Assembly: GCA_963723515.1 (NCBI GenBank)
Contig: CAVRQT010000002.1
Span: 224,001 to 288,000 of the forward strand
From: Vulcanimicrobiota bacterium
Lineage (GTDB): Bacteria; Vulcanimicrobiota; Vulcanimicrobiia; Vulcanimicrobiales; Vulcanimicrobiaceae
Direction: 5' to 3'
DNA length: 64,000 nucleotides
Shown here piece by piece: positions 1-9,232 of the stretch; within the stretch, counting starts at the first letter, position 1, and each line of letters begins with the position of its first letter. Below the pieces are notes generated by a model. The model worked only from the letters and a program-made list of their open reading frames with translations. It was not told the origin of the DNA and did not search any database. The position numbers were made by a program, and so were the translations under genes.

Positions 1-305
1 TCAAGCGGCGTCCGACTTCACCAAACCTGAAGCGCCTCATCGAGCCCTGCGAACTGGCGTTAATTCGGCGGCTTTCAAGCCTGCCCCGAACGATCCAAAA
101 CGTTGTCGATCAATTTGCGCCGCATCGTTTGACGCAATACGCGCGTGACGTCGCGGCGGACTTTCATCAATTTTATACGGAATGCCGCATCTTGGTTGAG
201 GAGCCGGAACTGCGCTTGGCACGTTTGGCGCTCTGCATCGCCGCACGCACCGTGTTGGCGCGCGTGCTTCAGCTAATGGACGTCACCGCCCCGGAATCAA
301 TGTAG
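1..305 (+). CDS. argS: Arginine--tRNA ligase, C-terminal anticodon-binding domain (partial; absent from ORF track)
   Basis: Manual translation of frame +3 gives ...ELALIRRLSSLP...APHRLTQYARDVAADFHQFYTECRIL...RLARLALCIAARTVL...DVTAPESM*, a typical ArgRS C-terminus. Stop TAG at 303-305. Confidence 0.9.
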   Translation, partial: KRRPTSPNLKRLIEPCELALIRRLSSLPRTIQNVVDQFAPHRLTQYARDVAADFHQFYTECRILVEEPELRLARLALCIAARTVLARVLQLMDVTAPESM

Positions 306-1527
306 CCTTTAAGTGCTGCACGCTAATTAACGAGACTGTCACCCTGAGCTTGATCGCCGCTTCGAAGGCTAAGGATGACAACTCTTGCGACTGAGCTTTC
401 GCGTATGCTTTCTTCGAAAGCCGGCGCGGCTCGGGACGCAGATCGAGCGGCTCAACGGGATGCCCTGTCAGCCACGGCGCGACGAAATAGCGCCAGAGAA
501 TCTTAATGAGCGCGGCTGCGGGAATGCCCAAAATCAGTCCCGCAAACCCGAAGAGCTCACCGCCGGCGAACACCGCGAACATGACGCCGATCGGTGAGAC
601 GCCCACCGACGTACCCATGATCTTTGGAACGAGAACGTTGTCGCTGATGCGCGCCACAACGAAGAGGATCAACTGCACCCAAAGGATCATCCAACCGCCT
701 TGCGGAGCCGCAACGACAGCGCCGATCAGGTGGGCGGCGATCATCCCGACGATCGGAATCGCATAAGCGATCGCGCTTATCACACCGAGAATGAGCGCGA
801 ATTTGAAGCCCACGATCGCAAGCAACACCGCAATCACGATACCGGTAATCGCGCTCACGATTATTTGTCCGGCGATGAAACTGCCGAACATGTGCGTCAC
901 TTCATTGGAAAGCGACCGCGCAGTGGCGCGCCTTGACGTTGGGAAAAGCGCCACGAAGCCTTCCAAAATTTGCGTTCGCTGCAGCAAGAAGAAACAAGAG
1001 AGAATCAGCGCTGAAATCGCGATGAAGATCGCAGTAGCGGCACCGAGTAAGACGCTGCCCAGGGACGAAACGGAAGACGTTACGAGCGCCGAAACTTTAG
1101 CGCTAACGAGCTGCTGAAGGTTCAGAACCCCAGCAGGCAGATTCGCGTGCGCAAAACGTTGCCGCAGCATCGTCTCCCCGCCGAGCATCCAGCCTTGCGT
1201 CGACTTCAGGTATGCCGGCGCGTTTTGCACGAGCGCCTGACCTTGCTCGATCGTGGCGGGCAAGACGATCAACGCACCGATTGCCATTACGAGCAAAAGC
1301 ACGATGTAAACAAATGCGATCGCGAGTCCGCGCTTAACGCCCCGTGATTCTAAGTGGGTGACAATCGGCTGCGCTCCAAACGCGATGAAGGCAGCCACGA
1401 CGAAGATCGTGATCGTGCGCGGGATGTGCGATGCAAGCCAGAGCGCAAAAATCGCCGCGACGATACCGGCCGCGGTCAGGGCGATGCGGCGCATCGTCTG
1501 CGGGCTTACGGCGTTCGGCATAAGCAT
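283..1527 (-). CDS. AI-2E family (PerM-like) transporter
   Basis: Multi-TM protein with 'DNVLVPKIMG..VGVSP' and 'GGELFGFAGLILGIPAAA' motifs. Likely start ATG 1527 or 1521. The C-terminal tail reads through a REP-like hairpin and overlaps argS, so the true end is uncertain. Confidence 0.85.
   Translation of the reverse strand: MLMPNAVSPQTMRRIALTAAGIVAAIFALWLASHIPRTITIFVVAAFIAFGAQPIVTHLESRGVKRGLAIAFVYIVLLLVMAIGALIVLPATIEQGQALVQNAPAYLKSTQGWMLGGETMLRQRFAHANLPAGVLNLQQLVSAKVSALVTSSVSSLGSVLLGAATAIFIAISALILSCFFLLQRTQILEGFVALFPTSRRATARSLSNEVTHMFGSFIAGQIIVSAITGIVIAVLLAIVGFKFALILGVISAIAYAIPIVGMIAAHLIGAVVAAPQGGWMILWVQLILFVVARISDNVLVPKIMGTSVGVSPIGVMFAVFAGGELFGFAGLILGIPAAALIKILWRYFVAPWLTGHPVEPLDLRPEPRRLSKKAYAKAQSQELSSLAFEAAIKLRVTVSLISVQHLKATLIPGR
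337..380. repeat. REP-like imperfect palindrome (TGTCACCCTGAGC family)
   Basis: TGTCACCCTGAGCTT...AGGCTAAGGATGACA; related copies at 15147, 15184, 16469 and 20510. Confidence 0.7.
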
Positions 1528-1580
1528 CGTCTCTGCGAGATACTGCCGTGCGGCCGGAAAGTTCCGACGCCATTTGGTCT

Positions 1581-1683
1581 GACATCGCACGATGCGCGAT
1601 GTCTGGCGCTCCGGCTCCCTTTTGCCACGATGCGGCAAAAAGGGCCTACGCGCCCCCGCCCAAACTGTCGCGGGCGGGCCCCC
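1581..1683 (-). ncRNA. Three-hairpin structured element, copy C (candidate novel RNA motif or repeat)
   Basis: Minus strand: GGGGG CCCGCCC-GCGACAGTTT-GGGCGGG GGCGC-GTA-GGCCCTTTTTGCC-GCATCGT-GGCAAAAGGGAGCC-GGA-GCGCC A GACATCGC-GCATCGT-GCGATGTC. Aligns with the copies at 4817 and 58322. Confidence 0.65.
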
Positions 1684-1684
1684 A

Positions 1685-2254
1685 TCATATTCGGCGCGAT
1701 CCCGGGTCGCTCAGCGGCACACCGGCTTTACACTGTGGACATGCGTCGGCTTCATATGAGTCCAACGGGAGATTCAGCAATGCAAACGTTTGCACGCCGA
1801 AGTCGACCGGCGCTCGCTGCACGATCGCTCCAACGCCGACAACTTGCGCACCACGATCGCGTCCTAGCTGCACAACTTCGCGTACCGATCGTCCCGTCGT
1901 AATGACGTCCTCCACGACGAGCGCGCGATCTTGCGAAGTCAGCGCAAAATCCCGACGCAGCGCCGGCCTTCCCTCTTCTTTCTCGACGAAAATCGCCTTC
2001 GTTCCGAGCACGCGCGCGACTTCGTAGCCCAGCAAAATGCCGCCGACGGCAGCGCTGAGCACCACCGTTGGATCGCAGTCTTCAAAATGCCGGGCGATTG
2101 CGTCCGCCAGCGGCGCGAGCAACTTCGGATCTTCTAAGATGCGGAACTTTTGCACGAAACGGTCGCTGTGCCGTCCTGAACTCAACAAGAAGTGGCCGCT
2201 TTGCAAAGCGCCGCGCCCTTGCAGCTCTTCGAAGAGATCCGTAACGGCGCTCAT
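1685..2254 (-). CDS. pyrE: Orotate phosphoribosyltransferase
   Basis: [11 protein letters not shown] motif, PRPP loop VVEDVITTG, pyr operon context. Confidence 0.95.
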   Translation of the reverse strand: MSAVTDLFEELQGRGALQSGHFLLSSGRHSDRFVQKFRILEDPKLLAPLADAIARHFEDCDPTVVLSAAVGGILLGYEVARVLGTKAIFVEKEEGRPALRRDFALTSQDRALVVEDVITTGRSVREVVQLGRDRGAQVVGVGAIVQRAPVDFGVQTFALLNLPLDSYEADACPQCKAGVPLSDPGSRRI

Positions 2255-2970
2255 GCCACTTCGACGCCTTGCATCTCATCCAGAATCGCGCGCGCCGCGG
2301 CGCGCGGATCATCGGACTCGGTGATCGGCCGGCCGACAACGAGATAATCAGCACCGGCCGATACCGCTTGCGCGGGCGTCGTGACCCGCTTTTGGTCGCC
2401 GTGTACGGTACCAAGGGGACGAATCGCGGGCGTCAACGTCAGGAAATCTTGCCCGAAAAACTGCTTGATGTCGGCAACTTCTTGCGCGCTGCAGACGATG
2501 CCGCTGCATCCGGCGTCACGGGCGAGGGCCGCGAGCCGAATCGCGTTCTCTCCCGGACCGCCCGAGAGGCCGAGTTCGCGCAAATCTTCGTTTCCAATGC
2601 TCGTGAGAATCGTGACGGCAAAAAGATAAGGCACCGTCACTCCTAATTCGCTCGCGCGCGCGTCCGCGGCCTCAACGGCCGCCGCCATCATTTCGTTTCC
2701 GCCGAGCGCATGCACCGTGATGATGTGGGCTCCAGGACGTACGAGGGCTCGCACACCGGCGGCGACGGTATGCGGAATGTCGTGCAGTTTTGCGTCCGCA
2801 AAGTAGCGTACGTCGCGTTGCTCGATGTAGTCGAGAAGCGGTCCGCCGTAGCCGTAGAACGCTTCGAGGCCAACTTTGAAAATGACGTCGAGTTCGTAGA
2901 GCTCATCGATCAACGACCGCGCTCGCTCGAATGTATCGACGTCCAGCGCGACGATCAGCGATGCACTCAA
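2251..2970 (-). CDS. pyrF: Orotidine-5'-phosphate decarboxylase
   Basis: [25 protein letters not shown] and VVGRPIT motifs. Confidence 0.95.
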   Translation of the reverse strand: MSASLIVALDVDTFERARSLIDELYELDVIFKVGLEAFYGYGGPLLDYIEQRDVRYFADAKLHDIPHTVAAGVRALVRPGAHIITVHALGGNEMMAAAVEAADARASELGVTVPYLFAVTILTSIGNEDLRELGLSGGPGENAIRLAALARDAGCSGIVCSAQEVADIKQFFGQDFLTLTPAIRPLGTVHGDQKRVTTPAQAVSAGADYLVVGRPITESDDPRAAARAILDEMQGVEVA

Positions 2971-3920
2971 CCCTCGTCTCCTTCGTATTGATGCGCGCTC
3001 GAGAAACCGATGTTCGCTTTGCCGATGATCTCCTTGAGCGAGCTTAGGTTGCGTTGCTGCAAATAGCCGCGCAGCCCTTCGACGATGCGTAGTGGCGCAC
3101 GCGGATCAGTAAAATTGGCGGTGCCGATGCAGACCGCCGTAGCGCCCGCCAAGAAGAACTCCAGCGCATCGTTTGTCGTTTCGATCCCGCCTTGTCCGAC
3201 GATCGGAATGTGCACCGCACGCGCGACTTCATACACGGCCAGCACCGCGATTGGGCGGATCGCGGCCCCGGAGAGGCCGCCTGCGACGTTGCCGAGCCGT
3301 GGCCGCCACGCATCGACGTCGATCGACATCGCGCGCACCGTGTTGATCACGGCAAGGGCATCTGCGCCGGCTTCTTGCGCCTCTAGCGCGATCGCCGCAA
3401 TGTCGGTGACGTTTGGCGACAGCTTGACGATCAGCGGCTTATCGGTGACGCTTCGCCCAAGCGCAACGACTTTTTTTGTCAGTCGCGGATCGCAGGCGAA
3501 GGTCTCGCCTTCGGATGCGACGTTCGGACATGAGATGTTGACCTCGATCGCGGCGATTTCTTTACGCCGCGCCAATCGCTCGGTGATGTAACCGTAATCG
3601 TCGACCGAAAAGCCGGCAACACTGCCGATGATCGCGCACGGACGGTCGGCGAATTTGCGAACCTCGTGCTCGAGGTACCAATCAATGCCCGGATTCTGCA
3701 GTCCGATCGCGTTGAGGAATCCCGAGGGCGTCGGCATCAGACGCGGCGTCGCATTTCCGAGCCGAGGCCAGCGCGTGACGCTCTTGAGCACGATGCCGCC
3801 GACCTTGGAAAGATCGACGAACGGCGCGTACTCAGCTCCTGAACCGTAACAGCCGCTCGCCATCAAGGTCGGAAGCGGCAATTGCAACTTGCCGAGCGAG
3901 ACGGAGAGGTCGATCACCAT
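2967..3920 (-). CDS. pyrD: Dihydroorotate dehydrogenase family 1B, catalytic subunit
   Basis: [22 protein letters not shown] and GGLSG motifs. Confidence 0.95.
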   Translation of the reverse strand: MVIDLSVSLGKLQLPLPTLMASGCYGSGAEYAPFVDLSKVGGIVLKSVTRWPRLGNATPRLMPTPSGFLNAIGLQNPGIDWYLEHEVRKFADRPCAIIGSVAGFSVDDYGYITERLARRKEIAAIEVNISCPNVASEGETFACDPRLTKKVVALGRSVTDKPLIVKLSPNVTDIAAIALEAQEAGADALAVINTVRAMSIDVDAWRPRLGNVAGGLSGAAIRPIAVLAVYEVARAVHIPIVGQGGIETTNDALEFFLAGATAVCIGTANFTDPRAPLRIVEGLRGYLQQRNLSSLKEIIGKANIGFSSAHQYEGDEG

Positions 3921-4748
3921 CGCAACTCATGCGCCCAGAAGACCGGGCCTTCTTTGCAGATTCGCGCGTATACGGGATCGCTTCTCACGCCGTCGGTGGA
4001 AAGCATCGGAAAGCGCGGCGCTTGATCGCTGCCGCGCTCGATCGGGATGACGCAGCCCCAGCATGCGCCCACGCCACAGGCAAATGTTTCCTCCAATGAA
4101 AGTTGGGCGCGCGTTTTCATTTGCGCCGCAACTTTGCCGACGGCATGCAGCATCGGCGACGGTCCGCAGGCCAAAATCAAATCCGGCACATCATCGGTTT
4201 GCGCGAGCAAATCCGTCACGAATCCGCCGTGGCCGTAGGAACCGTCATCGGTGGCGCAATGAACGGTGCAGCCGGCTTGCGCAAATTTTTCTGCATCCAC
4301 GAGCAGCGCGCTCGTTCTCGCGCCATAGTAGAGCCGAACCCGCACGCCGTTCTGGATCAAGCGCGCGCGCCGCGAGCAGCACCGACGCGATGCCGACGCC
4401 GCCCGCGACGATGGCCACGTTTTTCATCCCACGCTCCAGATCGAAGCCGTTGCCTAGGGGCCCAAATAGATCGAGCGTTTCGCCCGGCGCAACATCGGCA
4501 AGTTCGCGGGTGCGCGGACCACAAACCAGCACCATGAAACTCGCACGCTCGCCTTCCGCTTCATAGACGCCAAGCGCGACGGATGCACGTTCTCCCGACG
4601 GCGGAATCATCATAACGAAATGTCCCGGACGCGTCACAGCGACAAGTTGCGGGGCGTGTAAACCGATGACGACGACGCCGGGAGCGAGTTCGGTGCGGTC
4701 GAGCACCGTGGTTGTATGCACCGCCGCGCTCGATTGGACCAAGGGCAT
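3914..4748 (-). CDS. pyrK: Dihydroorotate dehydrogenase electron-transfer subunit (frameshift near 4360)
   Basis: N-terminal half has GPLGNGF and AGGVGIA. C-terminal half has ACGPSPM and CGVGACWGC...C ([2Fe-2S] motif). Split over two frames. Confidence 0.9.
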
Positions 4749-4816
4749 CGGGGCGGAAGCTTCTCGGCAACGATTAGGCAACCATGCGCCAAGAAGATAT
4801 GCTAAATGCGACGGTC

Positions 4817-4920
4817 GGGGGCCCATCCGCGAAGTTTGGATGGGGGCGCGAAGTTCGTTTCTGTCGCATCGTGACAGAAACGAAACGGAGCGCCAAGCGT
4901 CAGGCGAAGTCTGACGCTAT
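4817..4920 (+). ncRNA. Three-hairpin structured element, copy A (candidate novel RNA motif or repeat)
   Basis: GGGGG CCCATCC-GCGAAGTTT-GGATGGG GGCGC-GAA-GTTCGTTTCTGTC-GCATCGT-GACAGAAACGAAAC-GGA-GCGCC A AGCGTCAGGC-GAA-GTCTGACGCT AT. Confidence 0.65.
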
Positions 4921-5039
4921 AAAGAGGGATGCGATTCACCGAATTTTAAGTTTGCTACGAGAAATAGAGAACCGGTTGAATCTCTGAACCGTTATTAGGG
5001 TAGAACGGTTAGAAAACAAAGAAAGGGGGGTCCAGGAAC

Positions 5040-5180
5040 ATGGCAGGTCTGATGGTCTTTAAATCGTTAGCCGACGCGCTAAGAGCGGGCTACCAAGTCT
5101 ACGACCGCACTGCGGACGGATATCTCGTTCGTACACGAACTGCAGCTGGATGGGCGATAGCTCTGGTTTCCTGCAAGTGA
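5040..5180 (+). CDS. Small hypothetical protein, 46 aa (MAGLMVFKSLADALRAGYQVYDRTADGYLVRTRTAAGWAIALVSCK)
   Basis: ATG preceded by a purine-rich AAAGAAAGGGGGG/AGGA stretch and followed by an intrinsic terminator. Below the ORF-track length cutoff. Confidence 0.7.
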   Translation: MAGLMVFKSLADALRAGYQVYDRTADGYLVRTRTAAGWAIALVSCK

Positions 5181-5205
5181 CCCCTGGATCGCAGGACTCA
5201 TAAGC

Positions 5206-5240
5206 AAAGCGGCGTCGAAAGACGCCGCTTTAAATTTATT
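5206..5240 (+). terminator. Intrinsic terminator, probably bidirectional
   Basis: AAAGCGGCGTC-GAAA-GACGCCGCTTT followed by an AT-rich tail, between convergent genes. Confidence 0.8.
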
Positions 5241-5275
5241 ACGAGGCCTCTCTTGAGCATGGGCCGAACTCTTCT

Positions 5276-5870
5276 TCAGCGAACGTTGTCAGGCGGTCGC
5301 GTCGGCGGCTCAAGCTCTACCGTTCGATCCCGGGCGATAAGAATAGGTTCCCGGCGAAACGTCGCGCGGTGCTTGCTGCGCCGCAGTATTCCCATTGATT
5401 GGGGGCGGATTGTAGGGAATCCCAAACCCGGCGAAACGGGCGCCGGACATCACCGCGATCACAATTTGCGCAACGCCGACACAGAGCGGAATCAATCCGC
5501 CGAGCAGCCACGGTCCCGGCCGGCCGATATCGATGAACGACAATCCGATCAAGAGCGCAAGGCCGACGAAAGCGACGACAATGCCTTTGCGAAGCTGCGC
5601 TTGCGCGCCGGCTTGTTCGTAGGCATAAAGCTGCGCATTTACGTCAGGAGGCGTTTGTGGGCCGGCTTGCGGCGGCGGCACGAACGGTGCGCCATATTTC
5701 GCGTAGCGCCGCAGATCGCGCGGATTGGGCGGCGGGACGATCCCGTGTTTGATCATTTCGATACGTTCCTGATGCGCTAAGACACGCGATACGATGAACG
5801 CGGCAACGGGAAGCCCAAAGATGCAGATGACTGCAGCGAGTGGGACAAGCAGCCCAGCAAGTGAGTCCAT
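5276..5870 (-). CDS. Membrane protein, DUF6249-like
   Basis: N-terminal TM followed by 'HQERIEMIKHG', a Pro-rich linker and two C-terminal TMs. The ORF stops at 5310; a probable frameshift would extend it to the TGA at 5276. Confidence 0.65.
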
Positions 5871-5872
5871 CG

Positions 5873-5989
5873 TTATATCCTCGGGCCCCAGCCGGCGAAC
5901 GTCGTGCGGGCATCGCCGGCGTTGCCTTCGATTTCGGGGAGAGGCAGCGTCGTTCTGCCGAAGTTGCGGTGGGTGTACGGCGTGATCAT
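5873..5989 (-). CDS. Small peptide, 38 aa (MITPYTHRNFGRTTLPLPEIEGNAGDARTTFAGWGPRI)
   Basis: GAGGAG/GGAG RBS upstream of the ATG, directly downstream of a SigW-type promoter. Stop codon is 2 nt before the next ATG. Confidence 0.55.
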   Translation of the reverse strand: MITPYTHRNFGRTTLPLPEIEGNAGDARTTFAGWGPRI

Positions 5990-6023
5990 ATTTTCTCCAA
6001 ACTCCTCATGCGTCTGCCCTAAG

Positions 6024-6049
6024 TACGTCGCAGCAGGCTCGCGGTTTCA
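6024..6049 (-). promoter_or_regulatory. ECF (SigW-type) promoter TGAAAC-N16-CGTA
   Basis: Minus strand TGAAAC (6049-6044), 16-nt spacer, CGTA (6027-6024). Confidence 0.8.
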
Positions 6050-6059
6050 GAGACGACCC

Positions 6060-6085
6060 TGAAACACCGACGGCACCCGTCCGTA
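6060..6085 (+). promoter_or_regulatory. ECF (SigW-type) autoregulatory promoter TGAAAC-N16-CGTA
   Basis: TGAAAC 6060-6065, 16-nt spacer, CGTA 6082-6085, directly upstream of the sigma gene. Confidence 0.8.
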
Positions 6086-6094
6086 GTTAAGAGT

Positions 6095-6669
6095 GTGGCA
6101 GCCGCAGCCTTGGATCTCCCGGGCGTGACGTTGCGGGCCGCTCCGGATAGCGACCACAGCTCGTGATGGAGGCGCTTCGGGGCGATCCCGATGCCTTCGC
6201 TGCACTCGTCCAACGATACGACCGCGCGGTCTACCACTTGGCATACCGCACGATGCGCGATGAGGAGGAAGCAAAGGATGTGGCCCAAGAGGCGTTTTTC
6301 AAAGCCTACCGCAGTCTCAAGACGTTTAAGCCGGGCGCAAAATTCTCAACCTGGATCTTTGCGATCACGTACCACGCCTGTTGCGACCGCCTCAACCGGC
6401 GTAAACGGTATTCCGATGAGGAGCTGCCCGAGCGCGCCGATTCCGCACGCGGCCCGGCCGACACGGTCATTGCCGGCGATGAGGCGCGCCGCTTGCGCCG
6501 AGCGATTCTCGAACTTCCCGAGAAGTACCGGACGGTCGTGACGCTCTACCACCTGCAGGGTAAGCAATACGATGACATCGCAAATGTTCTCGGGATACCC
6601 GTCGGAACCGTGAAGACGCACCTCTTTCGAGCCAAAGAGCACCTGCGCAGAATTCTCACGGCTGACTGA
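6095..6669 (+). CDS. ECF RNA polymerase sigma factor (SigW-like)
   Basis: Region 2 (AKDVAQEAFFKAY...FSTWIFAI) and region 4 (LPEKYR...IANVLGIPVGTVKTHLFRA). Clean ORF is 6163-6669; probable true start GTG 6095 with a 1-nt loss near 6157. Confidence 0.92.
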
Positions 6670-6683
6670 AGTGGAGAGATGAC

Positions 6684-7121
6684 ATGATGCACGAACACGA
6701 CGACGATCTCGATCGACTGCTTTTCGAGATACCCCTCGAAGAGCCGCCTGCGGATCTGCGCACCTCGATCTTGCATGCAACGATCTATCGTCCGGCGTTC
6801 TCTCTAAAGCCGTGGGAGCTGTGGATGTGCGGCACGATCGCCGCCATCGCGCTGTGGCTCGCCGTTTTGATCTTCCGTGACGGCGGAGATGCATTCATGC
6901 GGACCGTCTCAGTGCTTGGCACGATCTCTCTTCATGCGCTGCTTGCGCAGAATACTTGGCTCTGGATCGCGGCGGGAATCGGCGCGGCGTTCTGGCTGCT
7001 GATCCTTAATCCGCTTCCAATGCCGGTGCCACGGTTTTTCAGCGTTACGCTCGCCATTAAGGAATGCAGAAAGACGGACGGCCGTTTCGCATCCTCATCG
7101 TCGAGGACGATCACGCAATAA
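6684..7121 (+). CDS. Putative membrane anti-sigma factor
   Basis: Directly follows the ECF sigma gene. Short acidic N-terminus (LEEPPADLRTSIL) plus TM helices. 3' end uncertain. Confidence 0.6.
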   Translation: MMHEHDDDLDRLLFEIPLEEPPADLRTSILHATIYRPAFSLKPWELWMCGTIAAIALWLAVLIFRDGGDAFMRTVSVLGTISLHALLAQNTWLWIAAGIGAAFWLLILNPLPMPVPRFFSVTLAIKECRKTDGRFASSSSRTITQ

Positions 7122-7744
7122 ACCGCGTGCTTCAGCTCGAACTGGAGCATGAAGGGTATTTCGTGGAGACCGCGCGCGACGGTTTGGCCGGGCTCGAAAA
7201 AGCGCTCAAAGAGCCCGACCTGATTATCCTGGACTTGATGCTGCCGAAGATGGACGGTCTCGAAGTCTGTAAACGCGTCCGCCGAAAGAGCCGCGTGCCG
7301 ATTATCATGCTCACGGCGAAGGATCGAATTCCGGACCGCATTGCCGGCCTCGACATAGGTGCCGATGATTATTTGACCAAGCCGTTTGCGACCGAAGAGC
7401 TATTAGCGCGCGTGCGAGCACGCTTGCGCGAAAAAGCGCCGGCGAACAACACGATCGCATACAAAGATTTGGTGATGGACCGCGATCGTCATGAAGTACT
7501 TCGTGATGGCCGCTCGATCAATCTGACGGCCAAGGAGTACGCGCTGCTCGAGTATCTCTTGCTGCACCGCAACAAAGTCCATACGCGCGACGAACTTTTT
7601 AACGGCGTCTGGGGCAGCGATTTCTTGGGCGACTCCAACCTGATCGATGTCTACATCCGCTACCTGCGCGGCAAAGTCGACGACGGCTTCCCGGAGAAAT
7701 TGATCACAACGGTACGCGGCGTCGGCTACACGATCAAAGATTAA
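7064..7744 (+). CDS. OmpR/PhoB-family response regulator
   Basis: ILIVEDD, DLMLP and GADDYLTKPF motifs; winged helix ending in TVRGVGY. Confidence 0.95.
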   Translation: MQKDGRPFRILIVEDDHAINRVLQLELEHEGYFVETARDGLAGLEKALKEPDLIILDLMLPKMDGLEVCKRVRRKSRVPIIMLTAKDRIPDRIAGLDIGADDYLTKPFATEELLARVRARLREKAPANNTIAYKDLVMDRDRHEVLRDGRSINLTAKEYALLEYLLLHRNKVHTRDELFNGVWGSDFLGDSNLIDVYIRYLRGKVDDGFPEKLITTVRGVGYTIKD

Positions 7745-7795
7745 GGGAACCTCTTAATTCATCAACTTCGGTGGCGCATTGCGCTATGGTATGCC

Positions 7796-9176
7796 GTGCT
7801 TTTGGCTGCCGTGATCATCTTGATCGGCGTCGTCGTGACGGCCCGTTTCCAGTCGATCCTCTACGATCAAGCGCGTAGCCGCATCGATCGCACGATGCAG
7901 GACATCGCGCGCATCGCCAATCCGTCGTCGAACCCGTTCTTGAACATCGGAGAGTCGGCGCCGATCGAGCAGACCTTAGCGAATAGCGATAATCTCGAAC
8001 GCTGGTCTTCACCGACCACATTTCTGCAGGTCGACAACGCGCAGGGCTACCCGATCGGCAAGAGCTCAAACATGGGCGGAATGTCGTTTCCGCCGGCCAC
8101 TGGACTGAGCGCGAAGCACGACACGACGTATCGAACCGTGCGGCTCCAGCGCGGCGAATTCTTGGTCGAGGACCGGCTTTTCAGCGAGGGCGGCAAGCGG
8201 CAATTCGTCATCCACGTCGGCGAGCCGCTCGATCAGTTAGACGAGACCTTCGCGCGGACTCGAGAGACAATCGCGATCATCATCGCGCTGGCGATCGTTG
8301 CCGTCATCATTCTTTCGGTCGCGCTCGCGGGACGCGCCACTCGGCCGCTTGGTGAGCTTGCGATGGCGATGCGCGAGATTGGCTCCGAACGGCTGAATCG
8401 GCGGCTGAAGTGGAAGGGGCGCGATGACGAAATCGGCAGGCTCGCGGAAACCTTCGACGAGATGCTCGCGCGGCTTGAAGAGGCATTTGCGCGCGAACGC
8501 CAGTTCATCTCTGACGCGTCGCACGAACTGAAAACGCCGCTGACTTCGATCAATGCGAACGCGCAGATGCTTCGGCGTTGGGGTTCGACGGATGAACGCG
8601 TGCGGTGCTGAAAGCCTCGAAATGATCGCGCAAGAATCGGCTGCGCTCGCAAGCATGGTCAACGGCATGTTGACGCTTGCCAAGGCTGAGTCGGCCGAGA
8701 ACGTTCCTAAAGAGGCGGTCGAATTGAAGCGCGTCGCAGAAGAAGCGGTCAATAGCGCGCGCGTCCGAGCCGCGTGAAAAAGGGCTCGGCGTTGGAGCTG
8801 CACTTCGAGGGCGACCCGGTCTGTCTCGGGCGATGCGAACTTGCTCCGGCAGATGATCGCGAACCTGATAGACAACGCGATCAAATTCACCGACCGTGGA
8901 CGCATCGACGTCTCTATCAAGCGCGACGATCGGCAAGCCGTGGTTGAAGTTTGCGATACCGGCAGTGGCATTGCGGCGGATGAGCTGCCGCACATCTTCG
9001 ATCGCTTCTATCGCGCGGACAAATCACGCAATCGCAGCGTCCCAGGCACCGGTCTTGGCCTCGCGATCGTCCGCAGCATCGCGCGCGCACATAAAGGGAG
9101 CGTCTCCGCCGAAGCGACTGCCGCCGGCGGCGCTTGTTTGCGCGTCTCTTTCCCGACCCTAGACGGCTCCGGCTAG
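7796..9176 (+). CDS. HAMP sensor histidine kinase (two frameshifts)
   Basis: Two TMs, HAMP domain, H-box ASHELKTPLT, then NLIDNAIKF, DTGSGI and GTGLGL across three ORFs (7796-8611, 8553-8777, 8841-9176). Confidence 0.9.
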
Positions 9177-9232
9177 CGGCCCTGGGCGAAATAATCGTCT
9201 TCTCATGAACCTTCGCGGCAGCAGTTCGTAGA

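Noticed and set aside
1528..1638. N-terminal extension of the AI-2E ORF (MPHRGKREP...)
   Set aside because: It is translated from the structured motif copy C; the hydrophobic transporter sequence starts at ATG 1527 or 1521.
4750..4920. PyrR-type attenuator upstream of the pyr operon
   Set aside because: No PyrR-binding loop consensus or U-tailed terminator was seen on the pyr-sense strand. The hairpins belong to the dispersed three-copy motif and their wobble polarity points away from pyrK.
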